From Takakia lepidozioides (lineage: Eukaryota > Plantae > Bryophyta), in NCBI GenBank assembly GCA_030704615.1, contig CM060734.1:52948001-53012000 (forward strand): a stretch of DNA of 64,000 nucleotides, in the 5' to 3' direction. Numbering within the stretch: position 1 is the first letter of the stretch; each line of letters opens with the position of its first letter. This document shows, one piece after another, positions 50,001 through 60,688 of this stretch. The notes beneath the pieces are model-generated. The model saw nothing but the letters and a program-made list of their open reading frames with translations, searched no databases and was not told the DNA's origin. Both the position numbers and the translations under genes were made by a program.

Positions 50001-51218
50001 GAAAAGGAGGGAGAGATAGAAATCCTAGAAGAACCAGCCACTGTGAGCTTAAAGGATGAAGTGGTGACTGGTTGGACAATCACAGCTGATGAGCAGGTGA
50101 GAGAAGTAAATGTGGGAACTCAGGAGGAACCGAGAATGGTGAAAGTAGGAGCTGATTTGGAGCCGGAATTCTTCGAAGAAGCTAAAAGCTTGTTCATCAA
50201 ATACAGAGATGTATTTGCTTGGAGCTATGAGGATCTAAAAGGGATACCACCTGAAGTCTGTCAGCATAAGATTGAACTGGAACCAGGGTCAGTACCAATC
50301 AAGCAGGCGAGGTATAGAATGAATCCCAACTACGCACAGAAGGTTGGAGAAGAGATAAAGAAGTTGGCTGAGGCTAAGTTTTTATACCCAATAGAGTATA
50401 CAACTTGGTTGTCACCCATTGTTATAGTTCCAAAGAAGAATGGCAAGCTAAGAGTATGTGTGAACTATAAGAAGCTGAATGCTTGTACGAAGAAAGATCC
50501 TTTCCCTTTGCCATTCACAGAAGCAGTATTAGACACTGTGGCAGGCCATGAGATGTACTCATTCATGGATGGCTTCAGTGGTTATAATCAAGTGCAAGTG
50601 GCAGAAGAAGACCAAGGGAAAACAGCTTTCATCACAGACTGGGGGGCTTATGCATACAAAGTCATGCCCTTTGGACTTTGTAATGCACCAGCGACCTTTC
50701 AGAGAGTGATAAGTGAATCTTTTCATGAGTATCTGGATGATTTCATGCAGGTGTTTTTGGATGATTTCAGTGTGTACAGCTCTAAGAATGAGCACTTGCA
50801 TAAATTGGAGTTATGCCTGGCCAGATGCAGGATGAGAGGTCTGGGCTTGAATCCAGAGAAGTGTACTTTCTGTGTGAACTCAGGGGTGCTTCTGGGACAC
50901 ATTGTGTGTAAGAAGGGACTTCTTGTGGATCCCAGGAAGACAGAGTCCATTAAAGTCTCTCCACCACCAGTGAATGTTAAGAGTTTAAGGAGATTCCTTG
51001 GGCAAACCAGTTATTACAGAAGATTTGTCAAAAGGTATGCACCATTGAGCAAGCTTCTGAAGAAAGATGTAGTGTTTGCCTGGACAGCTGAATGTCAACA
51101 GGCGTTTGAGGAACTTACACTGTCAGTAACAACTACACCTGTGCTGATTAACCCTCACTGGCATGTAGTATTTCATGTTCACTGCGATGCATCAGGAGAA
51201 GCGTTGGTGCGGTGTTAG
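47022..51218 (+). CDS. Gag-protease-RT polyprotein, frameshifted at the start of RNase H
   Basis: Gag (LFPCSLIKKASEWY), CCHC knuckles, protease LIDGGSGVN, RT MDGFSGYNQ / MPFGLCNAPATFQR / VFLDDFSV, and RH start FHVHCDAS. Confidence 0.95.
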   Translation: MSDEREARRQRYSSKRESYLKANYPYLWERGIDIGESSGPLTPSRSKSASPIPEELELDATPSVSLQERLTELVQEEDQSRGERSEVHPWIKDLTEIFDKSWHGTPKAGTPVSEAEDEEGEEDVAEPTESSDSPTPLQLSYMSEEETQGQNLEDENREKKLEEEEYEEVDPTAEVETTTRTSQPVGPGSSGALGSQANEGGRTTTKTIGPEGPAPARVPAPVSGQKIGPQMALQPTRAKPPFPIYSGKGDPDVHISQFEHMCIVNNENGDDAKMRLFPCSLIKKASEWYARFPDNHFLTWNGLNTAFRNRFRTSKTEDEVYGSLQQLKQKKHETVEEYMEKMELMMKKLAAVPAPGLQKTWFVSGLRPELQKKVDMLPHNTMEEAFETANRIEQLGMLRREKKKDEDSEDESDEEEEQELKRKSKRKEKLKRDNYEKKLEEILKKYATEAVTHWRKGVWCAKCQNEGHTTTECHMKEKHCTICKMDNHSTENCYYNRRTAAREPRQVRVHQVQPQPRRNNDQDHYGRSGGYNNGMEGRGNSRGNYQGNSRGNYQGNPRGNYQPGNQDYRNNPRTDQGRGPNGEELCYYCNQPGHRKAACSFWIRHQNEMRAPVNEGPVVAAHMVRPCVVPEVSTMIVTRSKAKLIPPVEEEEDENGSGNDMPEDEETWKDEKELHKEVADTIREMQRSTDILVADSSDSDGEKEGSEEERKKEDADMQSNEETLAAVICQTKAEIIIGQLLAVAPYCRHRLYQAINRIAQETGNTDNSKVTSYNVKPEGREPVMDFDDSMPVIQLRIGSTELTDVLIDGGSGVNIMTYQLRKKLGLSNMKPAPFTVTMADQRSVQPLGLIRGVKIQIQKMIFMITVTVLKMDEVMEAYSLLLGRPWLKQARVFHDWNSQLLTVHNGMHEIQITTKKSSRLPATRRPRGVREYDWRGGLDEEQEATLFAAHPEWEQVAEMRLESLSCLRGICCGVVSATPIEEETSSYPPHFYEEKEGEIEILEEPATVSLKDEVVTGWTITADEQVREVNVGTQEEPRMVKVGADLEPEFFEEAKSLFIKYRDVFAWSYEDLKGIPPEVCQHKIELEPGSVPIKQARYRMNPNYAQKVGEEIKKLAEAKFLYPIEYTTWLSPIVIVPKKNGKLRVCVNYKKLNACTKKDPFPLPFTEAVLDTVAGHEMYSFMDGFSGYNQVQVAEEDQGKTAFITDWGAYAYKVMPFGLCNAPATFQRVISESFHEYLDDFMQVFLDDFSVYSSKNEHLHKLELCLARCRMRGLGLNPEKCTFCVNSGVLLGHIVCKKGLLVDPRKTESIKVSPPPVNVKSLRRFLGQTSYYRRFVKRYAPLSKLLKKDVVFAWTAECQQAFEELTLSVTTTPVLINPHWHVVFHVHCDASGEALVRC

Positions 51219-51315
51219 CCCAGAATGTTACAGGGAATATAGATTCACCTGTGTACTATGCTAGCCGATTGATGAACAGTGCTGAGAGGAACTATAGTAC
51301 AACGGAAAGAGAAGC

Positions 51316-53001
51316 ATGATTTATGCAGTCAAGAAATTCAGGCATTACCTATTGGGAAGAAAGTTTATGTTTTATGTGGATCACCAGGCTCTGATATATC
51401 TGGTGAACAAACCTTTGATAAGTGGAAGGATAGCGAGGTGGTTAATAATCTTGCATGAGTTTGAGTTCGAGGTTATTTACAAGCCTGGCCGTTTGCATCT
51501 TGTGGCAGATCATTTGTCACGACTAACAACAGGAGAGGCCGCCACAGGAGTGGACGATCAGTTACCTGATGCGAGTTTATTTGTAATGGAGGTGCAAGGA
51601 AGTGCAGATGAATGGTTAGATTGGCAGTGGCCAATCAGATACTACCTTGCTCATGGTCAGTGCCCACCTAGTTATGGTAAGGAGCAGAGGAAGAGAATTG
51701 CTATCAGAGCTTTACCTTATACTATGGTAGGAAGCAGAATGTATAAGTTAGGACCTGATGGAGTACTAAAACGATGCTTGTACCACCATGAAGTAAATAA
51801 AGTCTTGGAGGAAGTTCATAAAGGAGTGGCTGGAGGTCATTTTGGAGAAGAGACTACCAGTAGAAAGATATTACTCGCAGGATACTGGTGGCCTACTTTG
51901 TTCAAAGATGTACATGAGTATTGTCAGAAGTGTGATGAATGTCAGAGGCTAGGACCTTTGCAGAGATATGGAAGAATGGCCTTGCATCCTACAATGCCTA
52001 CGGAACCATTTCAGAAATGGGGACTAGACTTTGTTGGACCAATTAATCCACCATCCAAGAATACACGAAACAGGTACATAATTACAGCCACTGATTATAC
52101 TACAAAGTGGGTGGAAGCTAAAGCTTTGAGGGACAACACAGCCAAGTCCACAGCAAGGTTCCTGTACGAGAACATACTTACACGATTTGGCTGTCCATTA
52201 GAATTTATCAGTGATCAAGGAAGTCACTTCATGAATGAGACCATTGAGTTGTTGACTAAAGAGTTTATGATTGTGCATAGAAAGAGTACAACATATTACC
52301 CACAGGGTAATGGACAGGCAGAGGCTACCAACAAAATACTATGTACTATCTTGGCTAAGATAGTCAATGCAAACAGAACGGATTGGGATACAAAGCTGCT
52401 GACAGCTTTATGGTCATACAGGACTTCATATAAAGTCACCACTAAGTATACACCATTCCAATTAGTTTATGGTATGGAAGCCTTACTTCCAGTGGAATTC
52501 CTGTTACCTACCATGAGAACGGAGTGGGGAAAAAGAATGGAATTGCAAGACTCCATCAAGGTCAGGAAACATGAATTATACCATGTGGAAGAAGTACGTG
52601 CTGATGCAGCTGATAATATGACCAGAATTCAAATGAAGCGAAAGGAACAGTTTGATGAAGGCAAGTTAAAGACTTTTAAGACGGGGGATTTGGTTCTATG
52701 GTTGCAGAAGAAAGGAAAGATTCAAGCTTCTAAGCTTAAATCACCGTGGAAAGGACCTTATGTCATACAAAAGATGTATGATAACAACACCGCTATGTTA
52801 CAAACCATTAACAAAGAAATGCTGGGAAGAGTCAATGCAAATAAGTTGAAGGGTTACAGTGGTATCCATGACGAACCCCTGCAGCATGATTTGCATATAG
52901 AACCGCAAGAACAGTCACGGGCTGCACCAGTGTTACGAACGGAGTTTGAACACTTGTTGCTAGGCCAGCATATACGACCAGGGTGGGCAAAACAAACGTG
53001 A
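51316..53001 (+). CDS. RNase H C-terminus plus integrase
   Basis: KFRHYLLG...DHQAL; HHCC (H...GGHFG...CQKCDECQR); WGLDFVGP, SDQGSHF, GNGQAE; WKGPY. Confidence 0.95.
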   Translation: MIYAVKKFRHYLLGRKFMFYVDHQALIYLVNKPLISGRIARWLIILHEFEFEVIYKPGRLHLVADHLSRLTTGEAATGVDDQLPDASLFVMEVQGSADEWLDWQWPIRYYLAHGQCPPSYGKEQRKRIAIRALPYTMVGSRMYKLGPDGVLKRCLYHHEVNKVLEEVHKGVAGGHFGEETTSRKILLAGYWWPTLFKDVHEYCQKCDECQRLGPLQRYGRMALHPTMPTEPFQKWGLDFVGPINPPSKNTRNRYIITATDYTTKWVEAKALRDNTAKSTARFLYENILTRFGCPLEFISDQGSHFMNETIELLTKEFMIVHRKSTTYYPQGNGQAEATNKILCTILAKIVNANRTDWDTKLLTALWSYRTSYKVTTKYTPFQLVYGMEALLPVEFLLPTMRTEWGKRMELQDSIKVRKHELYHVEEVRADAADNMTRIQMKRKEQFDEGKLKTFKTGDLVLWLQKKGKIQASKLKSPWKGPYVIQKMYDNNTAMLQTINKEMLGRVNANKLKGYSGIHDEPLQHDLHIEPQEQSRAAPVLRTEFEHLLLGQHIRPGWAKQT

Positions 53002-53300
53002 TACAGCCTATCACAGCCCGCCAAGGCGCAACACAGCCTATCACAGCCCGTCACGACGTGACACAGCCAACCACAGCCCAGCAAGGCGCAACACAGCCAA
53101 CCACAGCCCATCACGACGTGACACAGCCAACCACAGCCCAGCAAGGCGCAACACAGCCTATCACAGCCCAGCACGGCGCAACACAGCCTATAACAACATA
53201 CCACAGCGTGTCACAGCCTATCACAGCTTACCACAGTGCATCACAGCCTATCACAGGGTAACACAGTATGACACAGCCTGTCACAGCTCAACACAGCCTA
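53000..53300. repeat. 30-bp tandem repeat in the retrotransposon 3' UTR
   Basis: ACACAGCC(T/A)A(T/C)CACAGCCC... repeated about 9 times; related to the CACAGCC repeats in the LTR. Confidence 0.9.
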
Positions 53301-54859
53301 TTAAAGTTACACCATCCATAGAATCAGTGACAAGTGGACACATAATAACTTCAGGAAAATGGATGACGGAAGAGGAAACAGAAATTACTTTAAAAATAGA
53401 CACGTGGAGGTCAGGGCTCGTACACACAGTCCACCACGAAACACTCAACGTCAACAAGGTGCTCACTCACAAAGGTTTGCTACTCGGAAACAGTAAACCG
53501 TGAGGACACGGCTTTTTGAGGGGGGAAGGGGTAATGTTAGAGGACTGTAGGGGACTTAGACACTTATACGAGATCTGTAGGGTACCCTTAATTTTTGCAC
53601 AGACTGAGACCAACAGGAGCCTTAGGGGTGACAGCAGCGCACTGTAGAGGGGGGTTACACAGTCAACACAGCCCGTCACAGTCGTCACAGCCCACACAGC
53701 CAACACAGCCCGTCACAGTCATCACAGCCCACACAGCCAACACAGCCCGTCACAGCCGACACAGCCCACACAGCCGACACAGTCGTCACAGCAGACACAG
53801 CCCACACAGCCCGTCACAGTCGTCACAGCAGACACAGCCCACACAGCCAAACACAGCCAGTCACCGCTTGACACAGCTGTCACGACTGTGGGGAACAACA
53901 CCTGTGAAGGGAACATGTTAGTTCACAGACGACGGTTAGAGAGGGAAACGGTTAGAACCGCGGATAGGAGGATAAAGGGAGAAACGGGGAATGAAGGAGG
54001 ATGATCATCATTAGTCGGAGGAGGACTTCGGAGTCAGGCAGGAGCGGAGATCGGAGGCAAGAGATGGAGAGCACGATGAAGGAGAAAAGAGGATTAGTAG
54101 ATGCTTGTTATATGCAAAGCTGTAGTGATATTGGAGAGCAGATTAGAGACATAATGGCTTCGGCCTGATACCTGATAAATCATAATCTGATACATATACG
54201 ATACAATCACACTGTGTAGAGAGATCTGAGAGAAGCTATGGATTGAATGGATGAGTGAAGGAAACCGATAGATTGATGAAGCAAACTGATACTTAATTAT
54301 CAATGCCAAAGGTAGCTAAGATGAATGCGGAAAGGGAAACGCATAGGAAACACCCCCATGATACACTAGCTGTAGGTCATGACTGATTGTTCTGCGCGGG
54401 CTGAGTACTTAGAGATTTCCAACTCTTCTATCTTGGAGTTTCCGCCTCGGATAGCGAAGGGATGGGTGAGTAAAAGCCGCGCGACAGCCCGTATCGGCCC
54501 TTCTTCAACAATTTTTAGTCGTTCCATCAAGTTTTTCGCGCTTTTTTGATTGGGTACACACTAAGCTTGGAATTTTTTGCCTGCAGGATGGAAATTCGGC
54601 GTCGGCGTCTCGTGGATAAGAACGGCTCGGGCGGAAGGAGGGCCACGTTGCGTCCGCAAAGTTGCAAAGACTACTAAAGTCATCTAGATTGCATATGACA
54701 TGTGCCAATTCTGTTTATTTGAGGTGAGAATGCATAATCAGCATCAAAACAAAACCTGTTGTATTCTTGGCCTGGAGCTCCATGGTGTAATCATCACCTC
54801 GTTGTGCGTGACGTGCAGCTAGCTCTGATTTCACCCAAGGAGGGTTCGACCAATTCTCA

Positions 54860-55810
54860 ATCCAAAGGACTGCAATACTTATTTGTCTCTCGTGCAGGAG
54901 TGCATCAAAATGAAGGCCTTGCAGGTGCATGCCCACATTGTTCAAAGTGGATTGGAGCCAAGCATCTTTCTACTCAGCACCCTTGTCAAAATGTATGCCA
55001 AATGCGGGAGTGTTATGGCTGCACGCCGAGTATTTGACAAAATGTCTCAACGAGATCTATGTACATGGACAACAATGATGGCAGGATATGCCAAGCATAA
55101 ATGCAACGAGAGGGGGTCATGCCTGACAGAGTCACATTCATTTGTGTTCTCAGAGTGTGGCTAGCCTAGGAGCCCTGCAAAAGGGTAAAGACATCCATTC
55201 TGACATAATCAAAGCTGGAATTGTGTCCTATGTAAACTTGGAGAATAGCCTTGTGGACATGGATGCCAATGTGGAAGCATGAGGGATGCCCATCACGTAT
55301 TTGACAATATGGCCAAACCAGATGTGGTATCATGGAATGCCATGATAACAGGACATGCTCAACATGGTTGTGGCAGGGAGGCTTTCAATATCTATGAACA
55401 AATGCAACAACAAGGTGTGAAGCCCGACAAGGTCACATTTCGTTTGTGTTATCAATGCTTTTGCCAGCCTAGGAGCCTTGGAAATGGGGAAAGTCGTCCA
55501 TGGTGACATTATTAAAGTTGGAATTGCACCATATATAAATTTGGAGACTGTCCTTGTTGACATGTACGCCAAATGCGGGAGCATGAGGATGCGCAACAAG
55601 TATTTGACAGTATGGCTAAACAAAATGTGGTCTCATGGAGTGTGATGATAGCAGGATATGCCCAACATGGGTTTGGTAGGGAGGTTGTCCACGAGCAGGT
55701 GCAATAGGAGGGGGTGAAGCCCAACAAGGTCACTTTCATTTGTGTTCTCAATGCATGTTCCAGCCTAGGAGCCCTAGAAAAGGGCAGAGAGGTCCATGGG
55801 ACATCATATC
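54860..55810 (+). pseudogene. PLS-class PPR pseudogene
   Basis: LVKMYAKCGSVMAARRVFDKMSQRDLCTWTTMMAGYAKH and DVVSWNAMITGHAQHGCGREAFNIYEQMQQQGVKPDKVTF, with multiple frameshifts. Confidence 0.9.
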
Positions 55811-55979
55811 TAAATTTGGAGAAAAGAAAAGAAAAGAAAAGAAAAAAACAAGAAAACTGAGTCCGAAGACACTTTTCTTTTTCTTTTCTTAAGAAAAGAA
55901 AAATCTGTGGACACTACTATAGTGCCCAACAGCAGCTATGTTTATCAGTATGCTGCTTAAGGCCTTGGCCTTCAGTCAC

Positions 55980-55987
55980 TATATAAA
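55980..55987 (+). promoter_or_regulatory. TATA box of the Gly/Pro-rich gene
   Basis: CTATATAAAC about 120 bp upstream of the ATG at 56101. Confidence 0.55.
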
Positions 55988-56100
55988 CTAAGTCTTTGGA
56001 GCGGCTTACCAACAACTTGTGTGTGCGTCTGCGTGATCTTGCTATAGAGTTGGGAAGAGAGGAAGAGGTTTAGGTCCAGCTAAAGGATTGATTGCTTGCA

Positions 56101-57173
56101 ATGAAGACTGTGCAACAAATTTGTATGGTGCCTTCCCTCTTGTTTCTGATTTTTGTAATAGGGAGTGTGCAAGCTGCAAGTGAAGGTGTTGGGAACAAGC
56201 ATGATTCAGAGGGTGTAGTGCTAGGTGATTTGGACCTCAACAACAAAGCTAGTGATCCTAGTCATTTGAGTAGTTTTGGGCCTTATGTTGGTCATGATCT
56301 TGGAGCCCTAGGAAGTCCTCTAGGGCCCAATGGTGATGGTTCTCAGAGTAGAAATCCAAGCGATGAAGGAATTCCTGATGGAGGTATTGGCAATAACCTC
56401 AATAGTAGTGAAAAAAGTCATGGAAGATTTGGACATGTCGGAGATTATCCCAATATCGGCGGCCTCGGTCCAGGATTTCCCAGTGATGGCCTTCCAGGAT
56501 ATCCCAGTGGCGGGGGAGGAAGTATTGGTCATTTCGGAGGTGATCCCGGTTTGTTTCCCGGTGGCGGTAGTCGAGGATTTCCCAGTGGTGGCTTTCCAGG
56601 ACATCCCAGTGTCGGAGGAGGAAGTATTGGACATTTCGGAGGTGATCCCAGTTTAGTATTGATGTGATATGGTGTAGTAAGCTTGGTATGATTGCACTAC
56701 GCCAACCATCACCCTCGTTTCCAGGCGGCGGCAGTCCAGGATTTCCCAGTGGTGGCTTTCTAGGACATCCCATTGGTGGCTTTGGAGGATATCCCAGTGG
56801 TGGTTTTCCAGGATTTCCCGGTGTGCGTCCTCTAGAAGCTATGGCATCGGCAAGCGGGTATGGTAATATGAAGTACTTCGACGCTAAACATCCATTCCTA
56901 GGCCATCCTCCTCCGTTTGGAAGTTTTGGACATTTCGGAGGTTATCCCGATTTGTTCCCCGGCGGCGGCTGTACGGGATTTCCCAATGGTGGCTTTCCAG
57001 GACATCCCAGTGGCGTAGGTTTGTTTCCCGGCGGCGTTGGTCTAGGATTTCCCATTGGTGGCTTTCCAAGATATCCCAACGGTGGCGTTCCCGTTGTGCC
57101 TCCTCCACAAGCTGCGACATGTGCAAGTACTGGTTATGGTAATGAGGTTTATTGCGTTACTAATCATCCATAG
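56101..57173 (+). CDS. Secreted Gly/Pro/Phe-rich repeat protein (cell-wall-like), interrupted by a 62-bp insert or possible 74-bp intron
   Basis: Signal-peptide-like start (PSLLFLIFVIGSVQA) and repeats of GFPSGGFPGHPS / GHFGGDPGLFPGGG in both ORFs (56092-56667 and 56664-57173). Confidence 0.7.
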
Positions 57174-58859
57174 TACCATTCTCCTCAGTTAGAAACTATG
57201 GCATGGGCAAGTGGTCATGGTTATCCATGATTTCAGTAGAAGGACTAGGATGGATTCCATATCAGACCCTTCAAGGCTGCAAGATTGCCTAGTCTGCACA
57301 GAAGTGTAGCTAGTTGAAACATTCAAAGTTTTTTTCGATCTTGTATGTCAGCCATTTCATTTGAATGAATCAAAAATGGTCATGGACTGAGTTTTCTTTC
57401 CCTACAGTCACTGTTGTATGCTTGTTGACGATGGTCATTGGTCTCGATCACTAGAAAGCAAGCGATATTAGAGCAGATTTGTAAAATAGATTTTCAAAAT
57501 CCTTTTTTGTTTTCTTTGTTTTTTTCTAGCCAAAAAAGTGGCGACAATGATGTGGCGATGATGACATGGTGACCATGATGTGTCACTATGGCATCCTATT
57601 CCAGCCCTACACTAAAACTAGTATCCCACCTTTAGTCGTCACTAGAATAATACATATATCACAAGGCCCCCTGAGGGGAATAATATAGGCACAGGGGCTG
57701 GCCTTAGGGGCTGGGGATTTGACTGCCCTGCCAGGGGCATCCAGTCTTGAAGGATAGATCAGAGGGACAGGGGCTGCTGGTTGCTCTAGGCTGATTCAAG
57801 TCCCTGTAATAGAAGTTCAACTGGCATTTGTCTGCCATCCCTACACTGCTTTGTACTAGGGGGAATACGGACCGGGAATGTGGTTGAGAAGGGGGGATTT
57901 TTGTCTTTGGGATAAGTGATGGGAAGGCAGCCATCTAATGAGGGGAGCAAACCTCAAATACATTTTCCCATAATAGCTACTGCAGTCACATTTGTTCTTG
58001 GACATTGTACATGGCAAAATGGGTTCTTTCCGATGTGGTTTCTTCACGAAATTTTGAAGATGATTTGCCAATCTTCTATGCTTCCTATGCAAATTTTGCA
58101 TTGCCAACACTTATGCCAAGCCAGACTAATTTCCAGTCCAAAGATATCTGTGTCAGATGTAAAGTCTCTCCCACTCCCTCTTCCTCAGTGTGGTCAGGAA
58201 AGCAAGTGGGCCTAAAATAGTCACTCAAACAGGGTAAACAACCTGACACAAGGACGCCGTAATGCATGCAGATAACCTGGACAGTAGAGGCTGGAAGAAT
58301 GCAAACCGCGGTGAAACCAAAACGACCAACCTAAATCATTGTGCAAACAGACTTGACCCTGTTCTCTACTGCAATTTTAGATTCCGGATGTCATTATGGA
58401 CCTGTTTCCCTTTCCCAGAGCTCTGAGGCTGGTGGAGTGTGAAAAAAGGGGCGTGAATCCCCTTCTGTAATTCTAACTAATTGTGCTCCCCTCGCATTGG
58501 TTGCGTGATCAAGAGGAAAGAAGCGTTCTTTCTAATCTGTCCAACTGTCGGTCACTTTGGCTGTGGGTTTCCCTCGCTCCATTCCGTGATCAGTGGGTTG
58601 GCAAGCATTTGGGTCCTGGGTTGTGGGTGTCCTCACAGGATGCGCGAAGGAAGAAGGTGGATGGTGGAGACATTTGTTGTGGGGTGAGGGCATTTGTTGT
58701 TCACATCAGGGGTTCGTGTTCGTCTTCATCTACAGCAGGGGAAACAGTCAGGGGGGACCGAGTATCAGAAGAAACAGCACCACTAGGCGGGGAGATGTAT
58801 GAGTGAGAAAGCAGAAAAGGCAGGAAAACGGATCCTTTATGGAAGCCCAAAAGATTGGC

Positions 58860-58891
58860 AGTGACAGGTCGGAAATCCCCTTTTTGTAGTG
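58860..58891 (-). mobile_element. Possible CACTA terminus (CACTACAAAAAGGGG on the minus strand)
   Basis: TTTTTGTAGTG at 58881-58891. No partner end identified. Confidence 0.3.
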
Positions 58892-60688
58892 GTGACACAG
58901 ATTTAGGAGGGGAGCTCAAGATCAATGGTCTGGCAGGGGCAGGTTTTTTCAGGTTTTTCTCATCTCAAAATGGGCCAAACCCCCAACACAAAGAAAGGAG
59001 AATTGCAGCTCTCTCTGGCCCAAATCCCATTTTCACTCTCTCTCTTTCTTTTCCCTTTTTGTCTGTTTCACTATCTGGTTTATGTCCCCAGGTTCCCCAC
59101 TATTTCACAGCAGCAGATCTGTCATGTAATGTGAATGCACACGCTGCTAGGCATCCAGTGCGGCCAGCCTTGAAGTCATCCTCGGTCTCTCAAGACACAA
59201 CCATCCCATCCATCAGTCTCCTCTCTTTCTCTCTCTCTTGTCCCCTTTTCAATGACCCATCGCTCAAACCCGCTCTCATCTTTGTGTTGCTTCAACCAAA
59301 TACGCCAACCACATCCCTCTTTTCCTTTCAACTGTGGAACGCAGTTGTTCAATCCTGATCCCATAGTGAAATCACCTTATCCTTTCCATGTTTTTTTTTT
59401 GCAACTCCAGCTAACTATCATTGATCTCTCCAAACAAACAAGCCAGATCTACATTGGTTCCAGGTTATCACTACCACGGCAGCATGGTGTCCAGGTTTAT
59501 GACACTGAATCAAAATGCAAGAATGAAGACAACAGTGACCATTCTGAATTCAGTGACGAACAGGCTCTCTCTTTCTCTCTCTCTTCACTTATTTCTCTCA
59601 CTGTCATCACAACATCAGGTGCATCCATCCTTTCCACGTTCTGGTCTGAAGTCCAGAGTCTCCATTCCCATTTCAAAAACTTTTTCTTGTCACATGTCTC
59701 TACCTTTTTCTCTTGTGCCAAGATGGCAGTCCTAAATCTACCAAAGCAATTTCTAAGTCCTACCAAAAGAAGCCTCTGTTCATCGACTTATCTGTTTTTA
59801 TCCACTAGTGAAGCGGCGGGTCTGCCTGTCAAGGTGGCACCTTGCCATCGCCCGTCAGCAGCCACTTCAACCCTTTCTCTTTGTCTTGATTCCAGACCTT
59901 ATGACGCCATGATGGCTCCCCTTCTTCACTTGGACCATCCTGTGGCCTGACAACCAGATTACACTATGCAATTCTTCTCTAAAATTGGCCTGGTCCTATA
60001 ACAAGGAGACACAAAGCAGCTAGAAGCTTAATGACAGAGAACCTGAGATACCATGCAGCCAGAACTCCACTTGCTTTACCTCCCCCCCATTGATTGTGCC
60101 CAGACCCTCTTCCCTGTGCTTTCAGCAGCTGGCCTTTTCCTTGCTTGCTCATCTGCCCATAACTATCATCTTCAAGGCACTGGCGGCAGTGGTGGTGCGC
60201 CGCTTTCCTTAGATGCTTCTATCTCTTGGAATTGATCATCACTACGAGAGAGGCGGCACCGCTTCTTTCTACACAGAATACCAAGCAGAGGCCTCTTAAT
60301 GCCGCTTCCTAAGCCAAGCAAGATCCCACCGCGCAGGTACAACCTCCTAACACAGGCTGCCCTGCCGACACCACTGCTTGCAACAGCCGCTACGAGCCAT
60401 CCGTCATCTTCCTCTTCCTCTTCGTTTTTCTCAACCCGCGATCTTTTAGGTCAAGAACCAGTGATGAAAACGTTCATCGCATGGATGAAAATGTGTACCG
60501 TCATGACTTAGCCATTTTCTCCTGGCAAAGCATAAGTTCAGTTGCTCATGAAATTACCTACATGAAGGGATACATCCTTTCTGCAGTTGGGATGACGGGC
60601 ACTCCGTCATAGTGATGTAGGTCGTAATGGTAAACATATGTATGTTCTGTCCCTGCATTCACACTACATATGTAGTGTGTCTCCCTTT

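Larger units (their letters stand above)
45451..54486 (+). mobile_element. Full-length young Ty3/gypsy (non-chromovirus) LTR retrotransposon; LTRs 45451-46412 and 53535-54486; TSD GCCCG
   Basis: TG...CA LTRs are nearly identical. PBS TGGCGACCATACTGGGGA at about 46415, PPT GAGGGGGGAAGGGG at about 53518, and TSD at 45446-45450 and 54487-54491. Confidence 0.97.
38537..54700 (+). mobile_element. Mutator-like element copy C: end B TIR, full transposase region and central array, interrupted by an LTR retrotransposon and truncated near 54700
   Basis: GAGGTTAGATATTTCACGAGCATGAGCGG at 38537, homology to 25507-29415, and a quasi-palindrome resuming at about 54590 after the LTR element. Confidence 0.88.

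Noticed and set aside
13004-58891. Pairing the two CACTA-like ends into one large element
   Set aside because: Sequences after CACTACAA differ and the 3-bp flanks (CCC versus GTG) do not match.
59252-60511. Antisense ORF downstream of the gypsy integrase
   Set aside because: Fragmented, low-complexity and without recognisable domains; no LTR or PPT found to tie it to the element.
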